The notes beneath the pieces were generated by a model. The model searched no databases. It saw only the letters and a program-made list of their open reading frames with translations, and had not been told where the DNA came from. The translations under genes were made by a program, and so were the position numbers. From Candidatus Limnocylindrales bacterium (lineage in GTDB: Bacteria; Chloroflexota; Limnocylindria; Limnocylindrales; CSP1-4), in NCBI GenBank assembly GCA_038328755.1, contig JBBQMH010000005.1:88-64087 (forward strand): 64,000 bases of DNA, given 5' to 3'. Shown here one piece after another: positions 37,037 through 45,154 of this stretch (positions are counted from its first letter, which is position 1; every line of letters starts with the position of its first letter).

Positions 37037-37984
37037 ATGAGCCTCCCGGAGGGGCTGACCCTTCGGCCGGCAACCGAGGCGGACCTGCTCGCCTGCGAAG
37101 ACGTCTGGCGGACCGGCCTGAACGACTATCTCCTGCCGCTCGGTCAGCATGAGATCCCCCCCGATAATCCGTCCCTCCGTCAGCTGCACGCCCATCTCCT
37201 GGGGACGGATCCGACCCGATTCTGGGTCGTGACCCGGCGGGACGAGTCGGGCGACGGGCGTGTGGCCGCGTTCGCGGCGGCGACCCTGCGCGAGACGGTC
37301 TGGTTCCTCTCGATGCTCTTCGTCCTCCCCGACGCGCAACGCTCCGGGATCGGCCGGGCGCTCCTGGATGCGGTGCTGCCGGCCCCTGGTGAGGCCGGAG
37401 TGCTCGCCGTGACGACCGATTCGGCGCAGCCCGTCTCGAATGGCCTGTACGCGTCGTACGGCATGGCGCCGCGCCTGCCGATGTTCAACCTCGTCGGGCG
37501 CCCGTGGCGCCAGGCGGCCCTGGTGCCGCTCCCCGACGGAATCACGGCCGAATCCTTCGACGCATCCGCGCCGGCCGAACGCGACCACGCACTCGAGGAC
37601 GAGGTCGCCGCGCTGGACCGTGAGGTCGTGGGCTTCGCCCACCCCATGGATCACGGGTACCTCCGCGCCGCTGGCCGGGTCGGGGTCGCCTACCGCAATG
37701 GGTCCGGGTCCCTGCTCGGCTACGGCTACACCTCCGAGGCTGGCCGGCTGGGGCCAGTCGCCGTGCGGGACGCCGACTTGCTCGCCCCGGTGGTCATCCA
37801 TCTCCTCGATGCCGTGCTGCCGCGGGGAGCGTCGGCCATCTGGGTGCCGGGGGCCGCTGGGCCAACCCTGGAAATGCTCATTCGCAGCGGCCTGCGAATC
37901 GAGGGGTTCCCGGCTCTCCTGTGCTGGACGAAGCCGTTCGCGGATTTCGCCCGCTACGTTCCGATCTCCCCTGGCCTGATCTAG
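37037..37984 (+). CDS. GNAT-family N-acetyltransferase (two-domain, about 315 aa)
   Basis: The internal ATG at 37037 gives MSLPEGLTLRPATEADL... The acetyl-CoA motif is LFVLPDAQRSGIGRALLDAV. Confidence 0.65.
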   Translation: MSLPEGLTLRPATEADLLACEDVWRTGLNDYLLPLGQHEIPPDNPSLRQLHAHLLGTDPTRFWVVTRRDESGDGRVAAFAAATLRETVWFLSMLFVLPDAQRSGIGRALLDAVLPAPGEAGVLAVTTDSAQPVSNGLYASYGMAPRLPMFNLVGRPWRQAALVPLPDGITAESFDASAPAERDHALEDEVAALDREVVGFAHPMDHGYLRAAGRVGVAYRNGSGSLLGYGYTSEAGRLGPVAVRDADLLAPVVIHLLDAVLPRGASAIWVPGAAGPTLEMLIRSGLRIEGFPALLCWTKPFADFARYVPISPGLI

Positions 37985-38119
37985 CCCGACGCCGACCCTG
38001 GGTCGCCTCGCCGGGTCGTGGCGCTTCGAGCAGGGCGGTGGTAGCCTCAGCCCCGACGTGGCTCCCTCCGATGTGCCCCGGGCCTGGAGTCTCGCGAGGT
38101 TGCGGCCAACGCCCTGCGT

Positions 38120-38905
38120 TTGCCGCACAGCACCGCGGAGACGACCTTGACAACCACCGCCGTCGGCCCCGAGGCCATCGCCTTGGAACGCGGCACGCCC
38201 GTGCCCGACCGTAAGCCGGTCCTCATCCTCAACGACGTCACGAAGCGGTACCCCAACGGTCGAGAAGCCCTCCGCGAGGTCGATCTCGTGGTTCCGGAAG
38301 GCGACTTCGTCTTTCTCGTCGGCCCGAGCGGAGCCGGCAAGTCAACCCTCATGAAGCTGATCATCCGCGACGAGCTGGCGACCAGCGGCGAGGTCATCCT
38401 CGACGGCGAGAACCTGGCCAAGCTGCCCCGGCGCAAGGTGCCGCGCGTCCGGCGCAAGATCGGCGTGGTCTTCCAGGACTTCAAGTTGCTGCCGACCAAG
38501 ACGGTCCGGGAGAACGTGGCCTTCGCCCTCGAGGTCACCGGCACGCCGAGGCGGCGGATCGGACCCGCCGTTGATCGTGCCCTCCGCGTCGTGGGCCTGG
38601 GTCCCCAGGCGGCCCAGTTCCCTCGACAGCTCTCGGGCGGCGAGCAGCAACGGACGGCCATCGCCCGCGCGCTGGTCCACGATCCACGCCTCGTCATCGC
38701 CGACGAGCCGACCGGGAACCTGGATCCGCTCATCAGCTGGGAGATCATCCAGCTGCTCCTGCGGATCAACCAGCTTGGCGTCACGGTCCTGATGGCGACG
38801 CACAACGCCGAGGTGGTGACGGCCCTGCGGAAGCGCGTCATCGCGCTCGAGGAGGGTCGGGTGATCCGCGATGAGGTCGGTGGTCGCTACCACCGACAGG
38901 GCTGA
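38120..38905 (+). CDS. ftsE: Cell-division ABC ATPase FtsE
   Basis: Walker A GPSGAGKST, signature LSGGEQQR and Walker B LVIADEPTGNLD. The start codon is uncertain (TTG 38120). Confidence 0.9.
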   Translation: MPHSTAETTLTTTAVGPEAIALERGTPVPDRKPVLILNDVTKRYPNGREALREVDLVVPEGDFVFLVGPSGAGKSTLMKLIIRDELATSGEVILDGENLAKLPRRKVPRVRRKIGVVFQDFKLLPTKTVRENVAFALEVTGTPRRRIGPAVDRALRVVGLGPQAAQFPRQLSGGEQQRTAIARALVHDPRLVIADEPTGNLDPLISWEIIQLLLRINQLGVTVLMATHNAEVVTALRKRVIALEEGRVIRDEVGGRYHRQG

Positions 38906-38910
38906 CGTTC

Positions 38911-39795
38911 GTGATCCGATTCCTGGCGTTCAGCCTTTCGCGTGCCTGGATGGGCTTCTGGCGCAACGCTGCGATGAGCTTCGCCGCGACAGCGACGATG
39001 ACCCTGATGCTGCTCCTGCTGTCGGGCTTCTTCATCGTCCAGAGCGGCCTCCTGGCCGGTCTCCAGTTCGTCGAGCAGAAGGTCGAGGTGGTCGCCGATC
39101 TGAGCGGAACAGCAAGCGAATCCCAGATCGAGGAGCTCCGGCTGCGGGTCGCCGCGCTGCCCGAGGTGCGCGATGTCGTCTATGTCTCACCCGAGGAGGC
39201 GCTCCAGCGGTTCCGGAATGCCCGGTCTGCCCAGGGGGAGGAGGACCTGACGAGCTACCTCAGTACCAATCCGCTCCACGCGAGCCTCGAGGTCCAGCTC
39301 CGCAACCCGGAAGACTTCACGGCCGTCACCGACGCGCTGCGCGCCGATCCGCTGGTTGAGCGGGTGAAGAACATCACCGACCTGGTCAATCGCGTCCTGA
39401 CGGTCACGGAGTTCCTCCGATCGGCGGGGGTCGTGATCCTGGCGGTGATCGCGGCGATCGTCCTGTTCATCGTCATCAACACGATCCGCCTGGCGGTGGT
39501 GGGTCGAGCCGAGGAGATCGAGGTCATGCGCCTGGTCGGGGCATCGGATGCCTTCATTCGCTGGCCCTTCGTCTTCGAGGGCGCCCTGATCGGGCTGCTG
39601 GGCGCCGCGATCACGCTCGGGGTCATCGCCGCGGCGGCGGAACCGCTGTCCACGTTCATGTTCGAGTTCTTCAGGGTCCTGCCGATCCGCGTGGGCGCCA
39701 TTGCCCGGGACGTCGCGGTCCTCGTCGTCGGCTCCGGCGTCGGACTCGGGGTCGTCGGGGCCTTCATCTCCATCCGGACCTATCTCATTCGCTAG
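38911..39795 (+). CDS. ftsX: Cell-division permease FtsX
   Basis: 294 aa with four TM segments and a large first extracytoplasmic loop. It follows ftsE. Confidence 0.87.
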   Translation: MIRFLAFSLSRAWMGFWRNAAMSFAATATMTLMLLLLSGFFIVQSGLLAGLQFVEQKVEVVADLSGTASESQIEELRLRVAALPEVRDVVYVSPEEALQRFRNARSAQGEEDLTSYLSTNPLHASLEVQLRNPEDFTAVTDALRADPLVERVKNITDLVNRVLTVTEFLRSAGVVILAVIAAIVLFIVINTIRLAVVGRAEEIEVMRLVGASDAFIRWPFVFEGALIGLLGAAITLGVIAAAAEPLSTFMFEFFRVLPIRVGAIARDVAVLVVGSGVGLGVVGAFISIRTYLIR

Positions 39796-39825
39796 GGCCC
39801 GGTGTAGCGCGGACAAAGGGTCCGT

Positions 39826-41337
39826 GTGGATTCCGTCACGATTGACCCGCGGGAGCGTCGCCGCGGGTACCATCGGCCGATGTCTTCCAACGCCCTGCCG
39901 CCTGATCGCTTTGACACCCGCCCACCGATCGATCCCGACCTGCCCCAGGATGGGGAGCCGGTAGCGGCCAGTCCGGCCGGTCCGGTCGAGCCGGCCGATG
40001 CAACGAGCTGGACCTCGGAATCCGCTGGCACCATCCCTGCCGCCGAGGCACCGCCTTCCTCGACCCGAGGCCGTCGCTCCGGGCGCCTGCTGGTCGGTAT
40101 CGCGGCGGTGCTGGTGGTCACCCTGACCGGCAGTGCGCTGTTCGCGTCGGGCTACGTCCTTGGGCAGCGCCAGGTAGCGCAGCCCGGCACTCCTGCGTCG
40201 GATGAAGCGGCGTTCCAGCCGTTCTGGGACGTTTACGCGGCCATCCGGGATCGGTTCGCCCTCGGGCCGATCGATCGCAAGGCCCTGGTCGAAGGCGCCA
40301 TCAAGGGCATGGTCGGCGCGGTCGGGGACCCGTACTCCACGTATCTCACGTCGGATGAGTTCCGGAACACCCTCCAGGACATCTCCGGCGAGTTCGAAGG
40401 GATCGGCGCGGAGATCGGAACTGTGAACGCGAAGGGCGAGACCGTCGACTGCAGCACCTTCGGGCCGGAATGCCGTCTCGTGATCGTCGCCCCGTTGGAT
40501 GGCAGCCCCGCCCTGGCGGCAGGCCTCAAGCCAGGCGACGTCGTCGCCAAGGTGGATGGCTCGGTCCTGGACGGACTGACGACGACGCAGGCCCGGGACC
40601 GGATCCGAGGCAGGAAGGGCACCGTCGTCATCCTCACGATCGAGCGGTCCGGCGGCACCCCGTTCGATGTTTCGATCACCCGCGATGTCGTTCGCCAACG
40701 CGAGGTCATCACCAAGGACCTCGCCGACGGCAGCGTCTCGTACCTGCGACTGACCGGGTTCTCCGACAACGGCGCAACGGCATTCGTGGATGTCCTGAAG
40801 GCCGCGATCGACAAGGGGCAGACGAAGATCATCGTGGATCTGCGCGGCAACCCGGGCGGCTTCGTGACCGCGGCGCGCACGGTCGCCAGCGCCTTCATCG
40901 CGGATGGTCCCGTGTTCTGGGAGAAGGACGCCCAGGGCAATCTCACGCCGACGGAGTCCCTGGGAAAGGGGGTGGCCACCGACTCGAAGGTCCAGGTCGC
41001 CGTCCTCATCGACAAGGGCAGCGCGTCGGCCAGCGAGATCGTCGCCGGAGCGCTCCAGGACACCGGGCGCGGCACGCTCATCGGCGAGACGTCCTATGGG
41101 AAGGGCACCGTCCAGACGTGGATCGAGCTCAACGACGATGCCGGCGGGGTCAAGCTGACGGTCGCCAAATGGCTGACGCCGAACAAGCGCTGGATCCACA
41201 AGATCGGGCTGACCCCCGATATCGAGGTCACCGTCCCGGCCGATTCGCCGCCCGACAGCGACCCGGTGCTGGATCGAGCCCTCGAGTTTCTGGCAGGCGC
41301 CGGCGCACTCCCGAATGCATTCTCGAAAGCAGCCTGA
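39826..41337 (+). CDS. S41 carboxy-terminal processing protease (PDZ-containing)
   Basis: GEFEGIGAEIG, PDZ domain (SPALAAGLKPGDVVAKVDG), IVDLRGNPGGFV, and GSASASEIVAGALQD containing the catalytic Ser. The likely start is the Met at 39880. Confidence 0.85.
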   Translation: MDSVTIDPRERRRGYHRPMSSNALPPDRFDTRPPIDPDLPQDGEPVAASPAGPVEPADATSWTSESAGTIPAAEAPPSSTRGRRSGRLLVGIAAVLVVTLTGSALFASGYVLGQRQVAQPGTPASDEAAFQPFWDVYAAIRDRFALGPIDRKALVEGAIKGMVGAVGDPYSTYLTSDEFRNTLQDISGEFEGIGAEIGTVNAKGETVDCSTFGPECRLVIVAPLDGSPALAAGLKPGDVVAKVDGSVLDGLTTTQARDRIRGRKGTVVILTIERSGGTPFDVSITRDVVRQREVITKDLADGSVSYLRLTGFSDNGATAFVDVLKAAIDKGQTKIIVDLRGNPGGFVTAARTVASAFIADGPVFWEKDAQGNLTPTESLGKGVATDSKVQVAVLIDKGSASASEIVAGALQDTGRGTLIGETSYGKGTVQTWIELNDDAGGVKLTVAKWLTPNKRWIHKIGLTPDIEVTVPADSPPDSDPVLDRALEFLAGAGALPNAFSKAA

Positions 41338-41493
41338 GGCGGCGTTCAGAATCGGCGGTTGCCATCACCGTCCCCATCGGCTACGGTACGTCCGAACGAA
41401 AGGAGGTGATGTGCAGTGTCGTATCACAGTCGCTGCACCACCTCGCCGGAGCTGACCGTCTAACCGGTCTTCCGAGGCGGGTGGCTGCCGCAG

Positions 41494-41525
41494 ACGAACG
41501 CCGGTCCGAGAGGGCCGGCGTTCGT
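41494..41525 (+). terminator. GC-rich hairpin (11-bp perfect stem, 10-nt loop) between ctpA and smpB
   Basis: ACGAACGCCGG / tccgagaggg / CCGGCGTTCGT, read directly. No U-tract follows, so the terminator function is uncertain. Confidence 0.35.
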
Positions 41526-41554
41526 GCGTCCGTGAGGACCGCCGATCTATCGCA

Positions 41555-42040
41555 TTGACAGGAGCACCATCACCGATGGGCGAGAAGACCATCGCGCAGA
41601 ACCGCCGGGCTCGCCACGAGTTCTCGATCGAGGACACCGTGGAGGCCGGCATCGCCCTGTTCGGTACCGAGATCAAGAGCATCCGGGCCGGCAAGGTGAA
41701 CCTGTCCGACTCCTTCGCCCGGATCGATCGTGGTGAGGCCTGGCTCGTCGGTGTCCACATCGCCCCCTGGGAAAGCGCCAGCCGCTTCAATCACGAGGCC
41801 AAGCGCCAGAGAAAGCTCCTCCTCCACCGATCGCAGATCGACCAGCTCCTCGGCAAGACCAAGGCCAAGGGCCTGACCCTGGTGCCACTGCGCCTCTACC
41901 TGACGGGTCGCGGCAAGGCGAAGCTGGAGCTGGGGCTGGGGCGCGGCAAGCAGCTCCACGACAAGCGCCGCGATATCGCCGAGCGCGACGCACGACGTCA
42001 GATGGATCGGGACGTTTCCGACGCCCGACGAGGTCGCTAG
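41555..42040 (+). CDS. smpB: SsrA-binding protein SmpB
   Basis: KTIAQNRRARHEFSIEDTVEAGIALFGTEIKSIRAGKVNL and RKLLLHRSQI. The probable true start is ATG 41576 (MGEKTIAQN...). Confidence 0.94.
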   Translation: MTGAPSPMGEKTIAQNRRARHEFSIEDTVEAGIALFGTEIKSIRAGKVNLSDSFARIDRGEAWLVGVHIAPWESASRFNHEAKRQRKLLLHRSQIDQLLGKTKAKGLTLVPLRLYLTGRGKAKLELGLGRGKQLHDKRRDIAERDARRQMDRDVSDARRGR

Positions 42041-42048
42041 GGACGGCC

Positions 42049-43101
42049 ATGCGACTGACCCGCACGATCCAGGCCGTCGACGCCCACGCGGCCGGTGAAC
42101 CGGGTCGAGTGATCGTCGGTGGCGTGCTCGACGTCCCGGGCGTCACGATGTTCGACAAGATGACCTGGCTGCAGGCGAACGGGGATGATCTCCGGCGCCG
42201 GATGGTCCAGGAACCGCGCGGCTACCCGGCCGCCAACTGCAACCTGATCCTGCCCTCGAGCAACCCGGAGGCCGCCGCCGGCTTCGTGATCATGGAGCAG
42301 GTGGAGTACCCGGGCATGTCGGGCACCAACACGATCTGCACGGCCACGGTCCTGCTCGAGACGGGGATGGTGCCGATGGTCGAGCCGGTCACGGACCTGG
42401 TGCTCGAGGCGCCGGCCGGCCTGATCAGGCTGCGCTGCGAATGTCGGGACGGCAAGGTCGAAAGCGTGACGTTCCGGAACGTCCCGGCCTTCGCGACCCA
42501 CCTCGACACGCCGATCGAGGTGCCGACGCTCGGCACCGTCGCCGTCGACGTCGCCTATGGCGGGATGTTCTACGTCATTGCCGAGGCGGCCCCGTTTGGC
42601 CTTCGCCTGACGCCGGACGAGGGCCGGGACATCACCCGCATCACCGAGCTGATCAAGGCCGCCGCAGCCGAGCAACTGCCGGTCGTTCACCCGGATCAAC
42701 CTGGCTTCGCCGGAATCACCATCGGACAGCTGTCTGGGCCAGCCCACGATCCCGCGAACTCGATGCGGAACGTGGTCACGGTTTCGACCCGCAAATTGGA
42801 CTTCGAGGTGCCGGCCACGTGGACCGGGGTGATCGATCGATCGCCCTGCGGGACGGGCACGTCCGCACGGATGGCCGTGCTGCACGCCAAGGGGCGGCTG
42901 GGGATCGGCGATGCCTTCCGCCACGAGGGCATCCTCGGAACCGTTTTCACGGGCCGCCTGGTCGAGGAGACAAAAGTTGGACCGTACCGGGCGGTCGTTC
43001 CGACCATTACCGGAACGGCCTGGATCACCGGGATGGCGACTTACGTCGTGGATCCCGGAGATCCGTTCCCCGACGGCTTCACGGTCGGGGACATCTGGTA
43101 G
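42049..43101 (+). CDS. Proline racemase superfamily enzyme (Ser/Cys active-site pair)
   Basis: AVDAHAAGEPGRVIVGG, GMSGTNTI (Ser where racemases have MCGH) and DRSPCGTGTSARMA. Length 350 aa. Confidence 0.8.
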   Translation: MRLTRTIQAVDAHAAGEPGRVIVGGVLDVPGVTMFDKMTWLQANGDDLRRRMVQEPRGYPAANCNLILPSSNPEAAAGFVIMEQVEYPGMSGTNTICTATVLLETGMVPMVEPVTDLVLEAPAGLIRLRCECRDGKVESVTFRNVPAFATHLDTPIEVPTLGTVAVDVAYGGMFYVIAEAAPFGLRLTPDEGRDITRITELIKAAAAEQLPVVHPDQPGFAGITIGQLSGPAHDPANSMRNVVTVSTRKLDFEVPATWTGVIDRSPCGTGTSARMAVLHAKGRLGIGDAFRHEGILGTVFTGRLVEETKVGPYRAVVPTITGTAWITGMATYVVDPGDPFPDGFTVGDIW

Positions 43102-43145
43102 ACGCACGGGCGCGCGCCCAGGTCGTCACGGGTAGCGGTGGGCAG

Positions 43146-43174
43146 TTGGCCATTCGTCCAACCTCGGCTAGACT
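43146..43174 (+). promoter_or_regulatory. Candidate promoter for ssrA
   Basis: TTGGCC (43146-43151), a 17-nt spacer, then TAGACT (43169-43174). It lies about 33 nt upstream of the mature 5' end. Confidence 0.45.
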
Positions 43175-43206
43175 CTCGGCCGGACGCCCGTGTGCGTTCG
43201 ACCTGT

Positions 43207-43580
43207 GGGGATGCGTGGTTTCGACAGGGTCTAGCTGACAGGAAACGCGAGCCGAGGTGCCGTCAGGCCTCGTTAAACAGGCGGCAAAACGAAGTAACTG
43301 CCAACAAGCAGTCGACTCTCGCCCTCGCCGCTTAGGCGGTAAGGTGAGCGTGGAAGCGACCTCAGTTCCGCGGGTCGTGGAAGCGTCATTCAGCGGAGCT
43401 GCAGACCGGATGAGTGTTGCGTAGTCCGGGACCAAGCTCGATCTAGAGACACGTGGCTGGACCAACTGGGAGAGTGCCGATCCCCGCCCGGATGGTTGAC
43501 GAAAATGATCGGACACGCTCGTAGCTGGTTCCTGCCGAAGGGCTCTGGACGGGGAGTTCGACTCTCCCCCATCTCCACCA
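43207..43580 (+). ncRNA. ssrA: tmRNA (SsrA), tag peptide ANKQSTLALAA
   Basis: The 5' GGGGAUG pairs with 3' CAUCUCC-ACCA, including the G3:U identity pair. A T-arm-like GGGGAGUUCGACUCUCCCC is present. The tag reading frame is GCC AAC AAG CAG TCG ACT CTC GCC CTC GCC GCT TAG (43300-43335), preceded by GCCUCGUUAAACAGGCGGCAAAAC. smpB lies upstream. Confidence 0.94.
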
Positions 43581-43618
43581 ATTCTTCCGGTCGGGGTCTG
43601 GCGCCGTGTCGCTCCCGT

Positions 43619-43647
43619 GAAATCTTGGCCGATTTGGCCAAGATTTC
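43619..43647 (+). other. Perfect 12-bp inverted repeat with 5-nt loop, 39 nt after the tmRNA 3' end
   Basis: GAAATCTTGGCC gattt GGCCAAGATTTC, read directly. It is AT-richer than its surroundings. It could be a terminator or a protein-binding site. Confidence 0.5.
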
Positions 43648-43911
43648 GATGTTGAGCCTTTTGGCCGTAAATTCGTCGGCCGAGTCGCGAGTCGAGTCGC
43701 TGTCACGGTTCCCACCAAAGATCATCGTGGCCGCGACGGATCGGTGGGGTGAAGGCGGCTGTGACGCCTCCCCTCGGTTCCCTGTCCAAGCAACTCTCTG
43801 TCGAACACATCGCCCGACAGCATCGCCGGCCCAAGATCAAGGGCTTGGGCTCGCTTACGTCGCACTCGGTGTCGGCGCGGCGGCGGTGCGGCGGGGGAAA
43901 GGAATACCGTT

Positions 43912-44226
43912 CTAGGTCCTTCTCGTCTGCCTTGAGTGGGTCGAAGCCGGCGGGTGGCGTAATGCTCGTAATCGTCTCGGCAGTCTGTAGGTCGTCTCGG
44001 TAGCGCCGTCCGCAGAAAGTGCGACGTCCGGTTCGACCCAGACCGTGACAGAATCAGTCGGGGCTATCGGCTTGCCCCCAAGTGCTCCGTAGATTCCTGA
44101 ACCACGGACTGCGATGGCACTCGCTTCTGGCGACACCCTGCCGGCTGGCCCATCATCGGCCGTTGTCCCAGCAGCCTGCACGACCAGGACAACCCCGAGG
44201 CTCACGCTTACTAGAAGCCGGCGCAT
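43912..44226 (-). CDS. Hypothetical small secreted protein (104 aa), possibly degenerate
   Basis: GGGGAGGA lies 8 nt before the ATG at 44226. The N-terminus MRRLLVSVSLGVVLVVQAAG is signal-peptide-like. Third-position GC is mixed and the C-terminus is an odd Arg-rich stretch. Confidence 0.3.
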   Translation of the reverse strand: MRRLLVSVSLGVVLVVQAAGTTADDGPAGRVSPEASAIAVRGSGIYGALGGKPIAPTDSVTVWVEPDVALSADGATETTYRLPRRLRALRHPPASTHSRQTRRT

Positions 44227-44662
44227 GGCGACGATCCTCCCCGCTGCCCAAAGCATCGCGACGATGACCGTTGACGAGAGTACACCTGCCTGACAAGGGT
44301 GCGGACCATCCCTAAAGCGTGGCCACCCGACGCACCAGGGTGCGACAGAAAGGAGAATTCGACCGATTGCTCGGTCGGAGTCTTCGCACAGCGATCAACG
44401 CCGTCGTGCCCGCGAATTGGTATCAAGTCATCGAGGCGATGGCCGTCAACGGCAGACGCTGCTGCACCGGGCATGGGATTTCGCAAGCCGCGAGATCTGA
44501 GCATCGACGCAAACCGGAACCTGGCACGTGGGGCGATCTCAACACGCGCGATCCTCGATGTCGTGGTGTCGATCCGCTCGGTCGAAAGCGTCAGTACAAG
44601 TCCTGCCACTCGCCCGCGGCCCCACCGATCCGTGGGCCCCCCGCGGGTATCCTGTTGGCACG

Positions 44663-45154
44663 ATGTGTGCCGTCGTCGCCGACCCGGATTCCCCGCTCGC
44701 CGCGCTGGATCGGGCTGGCTACCGATTGACGATGCCGCGTCGCGCAGTGTCCGATCTCATCGCGACCCGCGCGGGGCACTTCACCGCTGCGGACCTGGTG
44801 GACGATGCAGCCACCCGGCACCTCGAGATCGGGCGGGCGACGGTCTTCCGAACGCTCGAGATCCTCGAGGTCGTGGGGGCCATCGAACGGATCGACCTGC
44901 CGTCGGGCGATCACGCCTACATCGCCTGCGAGCCCGCCGACCATCACCATCACGTCGTCTGCTCCCGGTGCGGGCGGGCCACCGATGTGGGCGATGCCGG
45001 CCTCGCTCTCGTGGTCGGCCGCATTGCAGCGGAAAGTGGTTACCGGATCGACGTGCATCGCCTGGAACTCTTTGGCCTCTGTCCGGCCTGTCGGACAGGG
45101 CGAACGGCGAGCCGGGCGACGGAACTCCGGCCGCCCGTCCGACCTGACGCCTAG
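44663..45154 (+). CDS. Fur-family metalloregulator
   Basis: MCAVVAD... from the internal ATG at 44663. Contains the winged-helix segment RATVFRTLEILEVVG, a His cluster (PADHHHHVVCSRCG) and a second CxxC (LCPAC). Confidence 0.8.
   Translation: MCAVVADPDSPLAALDRAGYRLTMPRRAVSDLIATRAGHFTAADLVDDAATRHLEIGRATVFRTLEILEVVGAIERIDLPSGDHAYIACEPADHHHHVVCSRCGRATDVGDAGLALVVGRIAAESGYRIDVHRLELFGLCPACRTGRTASRATELRPPVRPDA

Noticed and set aside
39187-41199. 670-aa minus-strand ORF antisense to ftsX/ctpA. Similar long antisense ORFs occur at 28273..29637, 30864..32345, 32392..34287, 36941..38128, 50854..52266 and 62353..63513.
   Set aside because: All lie opposite genes with strong family motifs and have Arg/Asp/Gly-dominated composition typical of wrong-frame translation of GC-rich coding DNA.
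43390-43725. ORFs 43390..43725, 43443..43718 (minus) and 43496..43915 (plus) overlapping the tmRNA gene
   Set aside because: The region is explained by a tmRNA with confirmed acceptor stem, G3:U pair, tag ORF and T-arm.
44020-44050. GGTTCGACC motif inspected as a possible tRNA T-loop or tRNA fragment in the post-ssrA region
   Set aside because: The flanking bases do not form a T-stem or an acceptor stem, and no cloverleaf can be drawn.
43581-45154. Search for integrase, transposase or att direct repeats that would define a tmRNA-targeted island
   Set aside because: No recombinase-like reading frame and no copy of the ssrA 3' end was found by eye. The island interpretation is kept only as a weak hypothesis in the findings.
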